This document shows, piece by piece, positions 18,970-28,114 of a DNA stretch of 64,000 nt. A program made the position numbers and the translations under genes. The stretch comes from Halioglobus sp. (GTDB lineage: Bacteria; Bacteroidota; Bacteroidia; Chitinophagales; Saprospiraceae). Location of the stretch: the NCBI GenBank assembly GCA_047628935.1, contig JBLHWH010000003.1, forward strand, positions 5,031-69,030, written 5' to 3'. Under the pieces are notes generated by a model, which did not search any database, was not told the DNA's origin, and saw nothing but the letters and a program-made list of their open reading frames with translations. Position 1 is the stretch's first letter. Each line of letters begins with the position of its first letter.

Positions 18970-19446
18970 TTTATTAGGATTTAGTGGACAGTCAGTATAG
19001 TAATTTCATTATATACAATACAAGAAAGATGATAACCTAACCGCTTTGACAAGGTTATCTGTTATTCATCAATATCAATCAATATATAGTAACTTAGAAA
19101 GTGGAAAATATCCAGAAAGTGAGGAATATATATAAAAACTATAAAAGTGAAATTAAACTATAAGAAACTATAATTTCAATTGTTTTATCATTAATAGTTT
19201 CAAGTTGAGTTGTCATTACTCTACATCCGTACTCATAAGTCGAATGTTCTCCTTCTTCACTTATGGGAAGTTCAAATTAGAGTTTTGACTGGATTTCTTT
19301 TTGTCCGATTTAATTTTTTATTTTGATACATCTCTGTATCTATCAGACATATAATTTATTTTAAAAATTATATTATGTAGGGTCGCTCGATATAAATCGA
19401 GCCTAAATAATAATCACTTTTCTTTCTTCTAAATTACTTCATATAA

Positions 19447-19486
19447 CGAAAAAGTGCTTGATGGTATATTTACAATACCATCAAGC
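19447..19486 (-). terminator. rho-independent terminator downstream of the 31-aa ORF
   Basis: A 12-bp stem gcttgatggtat/ataccatcaagc (19456-19467 / 19475-19486) is followed on the minus strand by acTTTTTcg. Confidence 0.65.
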
Positions 19487-19506
19487 AATATAGACTGTCT
19501 AGATTA

Positions 19507-19602
19507 TTATCTTTTCTTTGTCTTATGTCTGTTTTTTCTAAGTCTCTTCTTTCTCTTGTGAGTTGAGATCTTATGTCTTTTTCTTTTCTTACCGCACGGC
19601 AT
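19507..19602 (-). CDS. 31-aa Lys/Arg-rich protein, AURKAIP1/COX24 (mS38/bS22-like) type
   Basis: This ORF is too short for the ORF track. ATG 19602 to TAA 19507-19509 encodes MPCGKKRKRHKISTHKRKKRLRKNRHKTKKR, and it has its own terminator at 19447-19486. From memory it resembles the ~30-aa basic proteins annotated in Bacteroidota. Confidence 0.6.
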   Translation of the reverse strand: MPCGKKRKRHKISTHKRKKRLRKNRHKTKKR

Positions 19603-19628
19603 AATCTACAGTTTTAAAAATTATTAAT

Positions 19629-20411
19629 TTATTTCTTACACTTATCTTGAAACTCCTTAGACTTAGATTCATTCCCAGCTTGTGCATAGGCCTGAGCTAT
19701 AAGACATATAGAGTTATTGTTTTCTGGTTCTAAGCTTAATGCTTTCTCCAATCTCTGGACTGCTTTTTTAGTCTGATTTGTTCTCAGAGCCAATCTAGCA
19801 AGTTGATTCATCACCTGAACGTTTTCAGGATTGTTTTCGTTCAACTTTAGCAACATTTGAATTCCCTGCATCGGACTGGTATCAGGATTGTCTACATATA
19901 TCAACGCAAGATTGATCTTATCATTGATATTGTTATCAGACAAGCTGATAGCATTTTCGAATGCTTTTACAGCTCTTCCTTTTGCAAAAAGAACTTCTTT
20001 CTCTTCATTACTGCTTTTCATACCTATCTGATAGGTAGTTCCAGCAATTGACCAAGCTTCCTTGGTGTTTTTTTTCTTAGCTATCTCTTCAGCGAAATAT
20101 CCAGATACTATAGGTACTTCAAATTCGTACCATTTCGATGCCATACTCTTTGCTCTTTCTATTTTATCATCATCCGACTTGGCATCATGATATTCTGTCT
20201 GTAGCGCTTCTATGATATTCAGTTGATCTTTTGACAATGCTTTTTTTGCACTAGCTACGATGTTTTGAATACCTGTGGCCTCTATATTAGTTGCTCTGGA
20301 CATGATTGCCGCTTTCTGTTCTTTTGGGATCGTACTCATTCCAAAATATATAAAACAGAACAAAGTGATTACAGCGACAACAAGGATTGACTGTGATTTA
20401 CTTATTTTCAT
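19629..20411 (-). CDS. TPR-repeat protein with an N-terminal membrane anchor
   Basis: About 260 aa. ATG 20411 is preferred to TTG 20417. It has a TM segment ILVVAVITLFCFIYFG and C-terminal TPR-like units (ALRTNQTKKAVQRLEKALSLEPENNNSICLIAQAYAQAGN). Confidence 0.75.
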   Translation of the reverse strand: MKISKSQSILVVAVITLFCFIYFGMSTIPKEQKAAIMSRATNIEATGIQNIVASAKKALSKDQLNIIEALQTEYHDAKSDDDKIERAKSMASKWYEFEVPIVSGYFAEEIAKKKNTKEAWSIAGTTYQIGMKSSNEEKEVLFAKGRAVKAFENAISLSDNNINDKINLALIYVDNPDTSPMQGIQMLLKLNENNPENVQVMNQLARLALRTNQTKKAVQRLEKALSLEPENNNSICLIAQAYAQAGNESKSKEFQDKCKK

Positions 20412-20459
20412 TGTCAATAGGGTTTTGTTATTGCTTTTTGACTACTCTTTAAAGTGAGT

Positions 20460-20768
20460 TTATTTATCCGCTTCAGAAGGCAGTTCATTTACATTTTCCT
20501 TTACTTGCTCAACGAACACTTTCGCTGGTTTGAATGAAGGAATAAAGTGCTCTGGAATCTCAATTGCTTCGTTTTTCTTTATATGTCTACCAATTTTCTT
20601 CGCTCTTTTCTTGATTACGAAAGATCCGAATCCTCTAATATATACATTCTCACCTCCTGCAAGAGAGTTTTTTACTTCCTTAAAAAACATTTCCAAAGTT
20701 ACTAAGACGTCAACCTTAGGTACTCCCGTTTTCTCTGATATTGTTGCTACTAAATCTGCTTTTCTCAT
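20460..20768 (-). CDS. HU/IHF family DNA-binding protein
   Basis: 102 aa: MRKADLVATISEKTG...VYIRGFGSFVIKKRAKKIGRHIKKNEAIEIPEHFIPSFKPAK, an HU fold with the arm motif. Confidence 0.85.
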   Translation of the reverse strand: MRKADLVATISEKTGVPKVDVLVTLEMFFKEVKNSLAGGENVYIRGFGSFVIKKRAKKIGRHIKKNEAIEIPEHFIPSFKPAKVFVEQVKENVNELPSEADK

Positions 20769-21225
20769 TAATACTTTGGTTTTTAATTAGTTATGACCAA
20801 ATTTTTGCTTCATTTTTTTAAAGCGAGGCAAATTTCGCAATAAAAGTGAATAATTGAAATTATTCACTACTTTTTTGTGATAAAAAAGTGATTATTGTGC
20901 ATATTAACCTATTCATTTACACTATTTTAAAATAAGTTACCATTCTTACTATGGATGTTTTCGAAGGTTTTCGAAATTATATTACTTCATTTAAGTGATG
21001 ACTTCATAATTATACGTCAAAAAATCGATTTGGATATAATAAACCACTGTAAGCGAACATGCTACGAAATTGTATGCAGTTCTTAAGTATGGTGATGGGT
21101 CTTTTGTACTGTAATTTCAGTATATAATGGACTTGAAAACTCAGTTCGGATTGTAAATTTTGTATACTGTCTCATTGTATGACAATCCCGAAAGAAAACT
21201 ATATTTGATACATAATATAGGCAGT

Positions 21226-21729
21226 ATGACATTAGGTAATTTTTTTCAAGCGCTATCTGATAATCCTTCGGTAGTTTGCTTTTTATTCGTTTCAGTGCCA
21301 TTGACAGCATTTTTAGCATCAATATTTGGTAAGAACGAAGGAGCTGTAAGTCCCTGGAAAGAGTTATATTCTACCCTTGTATATTTAACATGTATACCAG
21401 GAATATTTGCAGTGACGCTCAATATTTATTTATTTTTATTTGATCGTCAACCAATCAATGATGTCAACCTTTATACCCAAGTACTACCTATTATCAGCAT
21501 GGTACTCACACTTTGGTTGATAAAAAAGAATGTAAAGCTTGATCAAGTGCCTGGGTTCGAAAAGCTCGGAGGACTTATTATGATTCTATTTGCACTCATT
21601 GTATTAATGTGGATACTTGAGAAAACCCATATATTTGTTATTACAGTAGTTCCGTTCTCTTATTTTGTCATCCTTTTTGTGGTCTTATTAGTTGGATTAA
21701 GATTTGGGTGGAGACGGATCGTTAATTAG
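21226..21729 (+). CDS. hypothetical integral membrane protein
   Basis: About 167 aa from ATG 21226 with 4-5 hydrophobic segments. No family recognised. Confidence 0.55.
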   Translation: MTLGNFFQALSDNPSVVCFLFVSVPLTAFLASIFGKNEGAVSPWKELYSTLVYLTCIPGIFAVTLNIYLFLFDRQPINDVNLYTQVLPIISMVLTLWLIKKNVKLDQVPGFEKLGGLIMILFALIVLMWILEKTHIFVITVVPFSYFVILFVVLLVGLRFGWRRIVN

Positions 21730-21735
21730 AAATAG

Positions 21736-22485
21736 CTAATTAGATTGTCTAGTCTTATCTTTTAATTCTCGATTTTCATAGGATAGGATAGTTTCTGCAC
21801 GTGCTTCTCTCTTACTTTTTTCCAAATTGAGCATATCTGTTTCAAATCTTGAGCTGTTTTTACCACTATTTTGCCAATAATAGTATCTTAGGTAGTCTTC
21901 AAATGACAATTCCGAATTGCTTGCTTTATGGTACAATTTAAAGTGTGCTTTCCTTTTTGATTCCTCTAATTGAAGTGTATAAAGAAGGTTTAGTTTGTAT
22001 CCTGTAGATTTACTGCCATGAAAATTGACCCAGGTTCTTTTACTTAAAGTCATTTCTTCTTTGATAATAGCTACGAAGTTTTCTTTGCCCTTTTTTAGCT
22101 TCGGTTTATCTACATAGAATGCATTCGAAAAGCTAAAGAATGAAATGTCCTGGGCACCGAGAAATCGATAAAACTCTTCTTCTGTTTTACCATCTTTAAT
22201 CTTATCACCATTCAAGGCTAGGTATTCGGTTAGCATGTAGGGGATTTTGTATTCCTTTCCTAATACGATAATACTATCAATATTGAGATATACAAGATTT
22301 GTTATTTTATTATGAAACTCAAGTGATTTACCATTAAGAGATGTTTCTATATTTTCGAATTTTAAATCTAAAACATCTTGATAAATTACATCAAAAGTTT
22401 GAATGAGCTTGTCTTTTTTTTGTGTGCAAGATGTAAGTAAGAGTGCTACATAGAAACAGAAAATTGTATATCTTTTAATTATCAT
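21736..22485 (-). CDS. hypothetical lipoprotein
   Basis: 249 aa with a signal peptide and lipobox (LLLTSC). No family recognised. Confidence 0.55.
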   Translation of the reverse strand: MIIKRYTIFCFYVALLLTSCTQKKDKLIQTFDVIYQDVLDLKFENIETSLNGKSLEFHNKITNLVYLNIDSIIVLGKEYKIPYMLTEYLALNGDKIKDGKTEEEFYRFLGAQDISFFSFSNAFYVDKPKLKKGKENFVAIIKEEMTLSKRTWVNFHGSKSTGYKLNLLYTLQLEESKRKAHFKLYHKASNSELSFEDYLRYYYWQNSGKNSSRFETDMLNLEKSKREARAETILSYENRELKDKTRQSN

Positions 22486-22537
22486 TTATTTACTATTTCG
22501 GATTTTGATTTGAATATTGTTATCATGACGGGTGCAA

Positions 22538-23755
22538 TTATAACATCTGCAATACTGCCCATATACTTTTTACTCCAAGTGCGATTGTCACTACTAATAC
22601 GAATAGACCAATAATATTTTGATAAGTATTATTTCTATGGTTTTTAAGTACAGATCTTTTGTTTACAATCCATAAGAGAAACCCGGCTATAATTGGTAGT
22701 AGCATTCCATTGGTGAATTGGGCATATCTTATAATCACAATTGGGCTCCAGCCAATGCTAGAGAATAAGACACCTAGTAATAATATAAATATCCATACTC
22801 CTCTAAATGCTCTACTTTTTAGATTTCTATTCCAGTCTAATAGCTCGGTACATACGTAGGCAGCGGCCAGTGGAGCTGTAATGGCTGACGTCAATCCCGC
22901 TGCAAATAGACCAAGGCCAATCATATATCTGGCAGATTTTCCAAGAAGTGGTTCCAAGCTTTGTGCCATATCTAACGCGCTTGTAATCGTTAATCCTTTG
23001 CCATGCAATGAAGCCGCTGCAATGATAATCATCAATGAAATAAAGCCGCCCAAGAAAATGGAAATATACAAGTCTTTCCTCACGGCACCTAAATGAGTAC
23101 TTCCTTTCCACTTTTGTTTGACCAATGATGCGTGGAGAAATAAATTATAGGGCACTACTGTTGTTCCTACTATACCCATTATTGTTAATGTACTCTTTCG
23201 TGGCATCGTTGGAATAAACATTCCACTTATTATTTCACTCAATGAAGGCTTGGTCAGAATTGCAGCTAATAAAAATGAAATACTCATTAAGATTACAATG
23301 GCTATCAATAGTCTCTCGATCAGTTTATAGTTGCCTATATATAAAATTACAAAAGCTATTGTTCCAACTAGAAGACTAAATGGATTGAGCCTCCATTCTG
23401 GTTTGCTAATCCCCATTGCATCTAACCCCATAACGGCTCCTGATAGATTCCCAGCTTCATATGCGGCATTACCAATAACTATAGCCGAAAGGATAAGCAG
23501 GATAGACAAAACTTTTAATATAGGTTGTTTTATCTCTGTTCGTATGATTTCCGATAGTCCTTTATTTGTTACAAGGCCTATCCTTGCTGACATTTCTTGA
23601 AGCACCATAGTCGCAAGTATGGAAAACACCATAGCCCATAAAAGATCAAATCCATGAGTGACTCCGGCAGCAATACATACTGTGACTGTGCCGGGGCCAA
23701 TAAAAGCTGCCGCAATCAACGTGCCAGGGCCTATGTTAGAAATCCATTTAAACAT
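22538..23755 (-). CDS. Nramp-fold transporter with a non-canonical metal site
   Basis: 405 aa and collinear by eye with MntH. TM1 reads GPGTLIAAAFIGPGTVT where MntH has ..DPGN.. TM6 reads GTTVVPYNLFLHASL where MntH has GATVMPHNLYLHS. Confidence 0.8.
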   Translation of the reverse strand: MFKWISNIGPGTLIAAAFIGPGTVTVCIAAGVTHGFDLLWAMVFSILATMVLQEMSARIGLVTNKGLSEIIRTEIKQPILKVLSILLILSAIVIGNAAYEAGNLSGAVMGLDAMGISKPEWRLNPFSLLVGTIAFVILYIGNYKLIERLLIAIVILMSISFLLAAILTKPSLSEIISGMFIPTMPRKSTLTIMGIVGTTVVPYNLFLHASLVKQKWKGSTHLGAVRKDLYISIFLGGFISLMIIIAAASLHGKGLTITSALDMAQSLEPLLGKSARYMIGLGLFAAGLTSAITAPLAAAYVCTELLDWNRNLKSRAFRGVWIFILLLGVLFSSIGWSPIVIIRYAQFTNGMLLPIIAGFLLWIVNKRSVLKNHRNNTYQNIIGLFVLVVTIALGVKSIWAVLQML

Positions 23756-23960
23756 CGTTTTTATACTTGGTGTATCGTAAAGATATAATTCTTTGGATAG
23801 TATGGAAGTTTATGAAGTTAGGTTTCAGGTTCTGGATACCAACTTAGATGATGACACGTTGGAAAAGACCAAACCAATAGAATTGAACTTAGATAGCTCC
23901 ATAAAGCGATTATACGATTCAAGAAGTTAAGTGATTTAGCAATTTAATAAGCTAGTAAAA

Positions 23961-25220
23961 CTACTCTTCTAGAGTCTTAGGTAAGACAATTACTTTTACT
24001 GTTTCGATCTTGGTATCTGATACTTTTTCGGATATAAACCTGTAACCATCAAGGTCAAGCTCGTCACCTTCTTTTGGTATAGTTTGATGTGTCATGACGA
24101 TATAACCAGATAGTGTATGGTATTCTCCTTCTGGGAAATTGATATTCTCGTATTTTTCATTGAGTTGACTAACTTCTAATCTTCCTGCAAATCTATATTC
24201 TGTATCAGAGATGACCTCATCTGAGTGATCTTCTTCATCATATTCATCTTCTATCTCACCGAATATTTCTTCGAGTATATCTTCAAGTGTGATCAATCCT
24301 GCGGTGCCGCCAAATTCATCAACTACACAGGCAATAGAGGTCCCTTCTTTTATGAAGTTCATCATCAAATCCTGTACATTCATTGCTTCAGGAATATAGG
24401 AAATTGGCATGATGCTTTTTGTGAGATTCTCTGGATTTTTAAGTAATTGCTGGTGATGGATATATCCTACTACATTTTCTATGTCCCCATCTTTAACTAT
24501 GATTCTAGAGAGTCGAGCTTCTTTGAAAGCTTCTAGTAGGTCGTCAAGACTGTCCTTTGCATCAATGTGGATGATCTCATTTCTAGGTATCATGCAGTCT
24601 CTAACCTTCACTTGTTTGAGATTAAGGGCATTGGTTAGAATCTCCTTATCTATGGTTTCTTCTTCTGAGATAGAGTCGTTGATGTAATGTGCAAGATCAA
24701 TTTTTGTCAGGACATTTTCTACTTCATCGGTAGGTATTCTGAAAATTGATTTTAATAAAAAGTTGGACAGACCAGTCATGATAGATGCTGGGATCATTAA
24801 TATCCACTTTAGGAAACTAAGAGGATAGCTAAACTTATATAGTATTTCATTTGCATAAAGTCTAAAAAGTGTTTTTGGAAGAAATTCTCCAAATATCAGT
24901 ACTACAAGCGTTATAATAAGTGTGACTATAATAAGGAGTAATTTCGATTCTTCAGCAAATGGGGGGCACAATAATGGCTCTATCAACTTCGTCATGAAGA
25001 TTGTAAAGATGACCAAGGAGATATTATTACCTACCAACATGGTGCTAAGAAACCCTTTTGGCTTTTCATAAAAATTGGCAAGAATCCTTCCTCTTTTATC
25101 ACCCTTGTTTCTCATTACCTCAATCCCTAGCTTATTGGCAGAGATGAATGCAATCTCTGCACCTGAGAAAAAGGCAGATAGAATGAGCGTGATAAAAATT
25201 ATAACAATAGTTGATAACAT
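23961..25220 (-). CDS. CNNM(DUF21)-CBS pair-CorC_HlyC protein (GldE/hemolysin-family)
   Basis: About 419 aa from ATG 25220. It has an N-terminal 4-TM DUF21-like region (FFSGAEIAF), two CBS-like units and a C-terminal CorC/HlyC-like domain. I cannot distinguish GldE from a paralogue by eye. Confidence 0.8.
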   Translation of the reverse strand: MLSTIVIIFITLILSAFFSGAEIAFISANKLGIEVMRNKGDKRGRILANFYEKPKGFLSTMLVGNNISLVIFTIFMTKLIEPLLCPPFAEESKLLLIIVTLIITLVVLIFGEFLPKTLFRLYANEILYKFSYPLSFLKWILMIPASIMTGLSNFLLKSIFRIPTDEVENVLTKIDLAHYINDSISEEETIDKEILTNALNLKQVKVRDCMIPRNEIIHIDAKDSLDDLLEAFKEARLSRIIVKDGDIENVVGYIHHQQLLKNPENLTKSIMPISYIPEAMNVQDLMMNFIKEGTSIACVVDEFGGTAGLITLEDILEEIFGEIEDEYDEEDHSDEVISDTEYRFAGRLEVSQLNEKYENINFPEGEYHTLSGYIVMTHQTIPKEGDELDLDGYRFISEKVSDTKIETVKVIVLPKTLEE

Positions 25221-25312
25221 GGTGCAAATATAAAGCAAGTCATGATATTATTTAAGAAAAGATAAATCATAGATGACCATGAGGAAGTTTATAGCTACTA
25301 GTTGGAAGTTTT

Positions 25313-26341
25313 ATGTCTGGAATGTTAATACCATTTGGTGCAATTCAAGCGCAACATATGAAAGTAATGCCGGATGGAGTTAGAAATCCAAAGGCAGATC
25401 ATAATTTTATATTTCTACAGGAGGAAGCCCAAATAGTTTATGATACAGTCACAAATACTATATGGTACTTTGATAATTCTATGTGGAATGAAATTGGAGC
25501 GGATGATTTAGGTAATCATATAGCCACTGAAACGCTTGAGATGGCAAATCATCTGATCAAGAGTCTCGGAACACCCGTAGATGATTCAGATGCAGCAACT
25601 AAGATATATGTTGACCAACAAGAGGATGTAGATACAGATCCTATGAATGAACTCCAAACAATTACGGCTTCGTTAGAGGGTGATACGATGTACTTGTCCA
25701 ATGGAAGTTGGTTAATTGTGCTAGGTCTCAGTAATGCAAATTATATAAAATACTTTGAAGGAAATGTATACATATAAGTGGATCTAGGAGATCAAATATG
25801 GTTAAAATAACATCTAAAAAGGACAAAGTATAATGATGGCACGCCAATAGAAAATGTAACTGATCAGATTGAGTGGGGAACTACTAATAGTCCTGCTTTG
25901 TGTTGGTATGATAATGATTCCTGTGCATATCATGCAAATGATGGTATTTTCTACAATTATTTTGTTGTTGCAGATACAAATGCACTTAATATATGCCCTG
26001 TTGGTTGGCATGTTCCATCTAAAATTGAAACTCTCGCAACAACTTTAGTCGGCGTATTAGTTGCAGGTGGGAAAATGAAAGAAACTGGATTTGCAAATTG
26101 GCTATCTCCTAATACAGGAGCAACAAATTTATCAAACATGACTCTTCTTGGAACGGGAAATAGAAATCAATCGGAATTTTTTATCAATGAAGGTAATTTG
26201 ACTGCAATATGGTCAAGTTCTAATGCCCTTTCTCACCCTTTGAAAGTATGGAATGAATCAGTATGGTACACAAATACGACTTTATCAGTGAATTCACAAC
26301 CCAAAAGATTAGGTTTGAGTGTTAGATGCATTAAGGATTAG
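25313..26341 (+). pseudogene. FISUMP (Fibrobacter succinogenes major paralogous) domain protein interrupted by two in-frame TAA codons
   Basis: ORFs 25313-25777 and 25898-26341 share one reading frame. Translating through gives ...GNVYI*VDLGDQIWLK*HLKRTKYNDGTPIENVTDQIEWG..CWYDNDS...CPVGWHVPS...AGGKMKE...GLSVRCIKD, a contiguous FISUMP domain with stops at 25775-25777 and 25808-25810. A possible extra frameshift lies near 25300, between MTMRKFIATS and the AIQAQ signal end. Confidence 0.6.
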
Positions 26342-26429
26342 AAAATAGTAATCTAACAGGGGACTGGTGATCCAGCCTATATAGTGGTATGCTCTTTTTT
26401 TGTTATGAAGATCAATTCTAACCACTAAA

Positions 26430-26717
26430 TCAAGCTACCTGCTTAATCTTATATTCCTGACTTTTCAATATCTTTCTAAAAAAGTCCTTGCTCTTTGGAG
26501 TTAATAATTCTTCCATCACAACTACGAGAGAAAGTATGTCTAGCAAGCAGTTTATACGACCTTCTGTATCAAAAAACTTATTGACGATTAGAATTTTATT
26601 ATTTTCGACAATACAATAACCGCTTTGAAAGTTTCCTTTTTCGTAACGAATAGTATAATCTTGCTCTTGGAAGATCAATTCTAACTTATGAAGTGTTGTC
26701 TTTGTAAAGTTTAGCAT
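26430..26717 (-). CDS. hypothetical protein (95 aa)
   Basis: Clean ATG ORF in an otherwise empty interval. No family recognised. Confidence 0.45.
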   Translation of the reverse strand: MLNFTKTTLHKLELIFQEQDYTIRYEKGNFQSGYCIVENNKILIVNKFFDTEGRINCLLDILSLVVVMEELLTPKSKDFFRKILKSQEYKIKQVA

Positions 26718-26761
26718 TGTTACTTTTAGTATTCTAGCACAAATATAAGATAATCATATAT

Positions 26762-27376
26762 ATGATGGATTTAAATATTACCCAATTTTCAAAAAGGTTG
26801 TTACCTGTCCTTCTTGTTTTCTTTTTAGTGGGTCTATCTTCAGCGGATGCCCAGAGATTTAAGGGGAGTGCTGTGTTTGGTTTTAATCTAGCACAGATAG
26901 ATGGAGACGAATTGGCGGGTTTTAATAAATTAGGACTTACTGGAGGAGTGAAATTAGCTTACCCAATCAGAGATAATGTAGATATAAATATGGAGATGCT
27001 GTATAGCCAAAGAGGGAGTAATGATGGATTTGGATTTGGGAGGGATTCAGATAATTATACAGATCTGAAATATCTAGAAATACCAGTATATGCCAATATT
27101 ATGGACTGGTTTATAGCCGATGAAGGATACCATAAAGTAAAGGCACATGCAGGGCTCAATTTCTCTTACCTGTTTGCTGTGGACTCTTCTAATGGAGCGG
27201 TGAGCAATGACATCGATACTTATAATCGGAAAAATATCGGTTATTTATTGGGGGTGGACTATATGTTTACGAAACACTTAGGGACAACAGTCAGATATAG
27301 TCGTGCATTTAATAGTATTTTGGAAAGTAATGCGATCAGCTATTGGATTACGGTACGTACAGAGTATTCATTCTAG
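26762..27376 (+). CDS. outer-membrane beta-barrel (porin-family, OMP_b-brl_2-like) protein
   Basis: 204 aa with a signal peptide ending ADAQ. It has alternating-hydrophobic strands and a C-terminal aromatic residue (...WITVRTEYSF). Confidence 0.7.
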   Translation: MMDLNITQFSKRLLPVLLVFFLVGLSSADAQRFKGSAVFGFNLAQIDGDELAGFNKLGLTGGVKLAYPIRDNVDINMEMLYSQRGSNDGFGFGRDSDNYTDLKYLEIPVYANIMDWFIADEGYHKVKAHAGLNFSYLFAVDSSNGAVSNDIDTYNRKNIGYLLGVDYMFTKHLGTTVRYSRAFNSILESNAISYWITVRTEYSF

Positions 27377-27607
27377 TTAATGTGTGTCTCTTTGCTTTTG
27401 AACTTCAGTTCATCAAATTTCATTTTTCCCTAAAAAAGAAAAAAGGAATTGAACATTTTCAGTGCTTAGTTATGGATATGCTCCTCTTAAAAGAGCTTCT
27501 CCAAATAATTATCGATATTAAAATAAGCGCTCACAAATCATTTTAACCCTAGTTTTAAACCACTTCAATTCATAAAAGCATATTTTGCGAACAAATCTAA
27601 AACAACT

Positions 27608-28114
27608 ATGATAAGATCGATCATATTATTCGTCGGAGTGATGCTAGTTTTGTCTTGTAATTCAGACCCCAAAAAGAGTTCTGCAACTATATTAACTGCG
27701 CAGGAATCTACCAAAATAGCGTCTAAATTTAAATTGCCTAGTCTTCCTCAATCTGAAATGGTAAGACTATTTCAGGAAGCTACATTTATAGACTATATTT
27801 TTTATGATCTTCCTTTTTCGATCAGTCAAGACAATCAACCAAGCATTCATGCAAATTTGAAATTGATATCAACAGGAGTATTAGATGATTTACCTATGCA
27901 TTGTAAACCAATAGGTAGAGAGTTTTTCCAAATTAATGGCGAGATAGTTCATGAAGCAGATTTATATTTTTCGGATGGTTGTTATGGGTACGTATTCCTT
28001 AAAGATGAGAAGCCTACCTATGCTAACAAGCTTACAGAAGCCGGTATGAAGTTCTACACGAATATTATCAACCAATCTAATCAAATCAAGAATAAAGCTA
28101 TAGATGGGAAGTAA
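27608..28114 (+). CDS. hypothetical lipoprotein
   Basis: 168 aa with lipobox VLSC. It overlaps the next gene by 11 nt, suggesting an operon. Confidence 0.55.
   Translation: MIRSIILFVGVMLVLSCNSDPKKSSATILTAQESTKIASKFKLPSLPQSEMVRLFQEATFIDYIFYDLPFSISQDNQPSIHANLKLISTGVLDDLPMHCKPIGREFFQINGEIVHEADLYFSDGCYGYVFLKDEKPTYANKLTEAGMKFYTNIINQSNQIKNKAIDGK

Noticed and set aside
23756-23960. Mn2+ (yybP-ykoY) riboswitch upstream of the Nramp-like gene
   Set aside because: I could not find the conserved GGGGAGUAG-type core or a convincing four-way structure on the minus strand. The transporter's metal site is also non-canonical.
25775-25810. TAA reassignment or programmed readthrough to explain the two in-frame stops
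   Set aside because: TAA terminates many well-supported genes in this same window (for example those ending at 8138, 11472 and 14299). Nonsense mutation is the simpler explanation.
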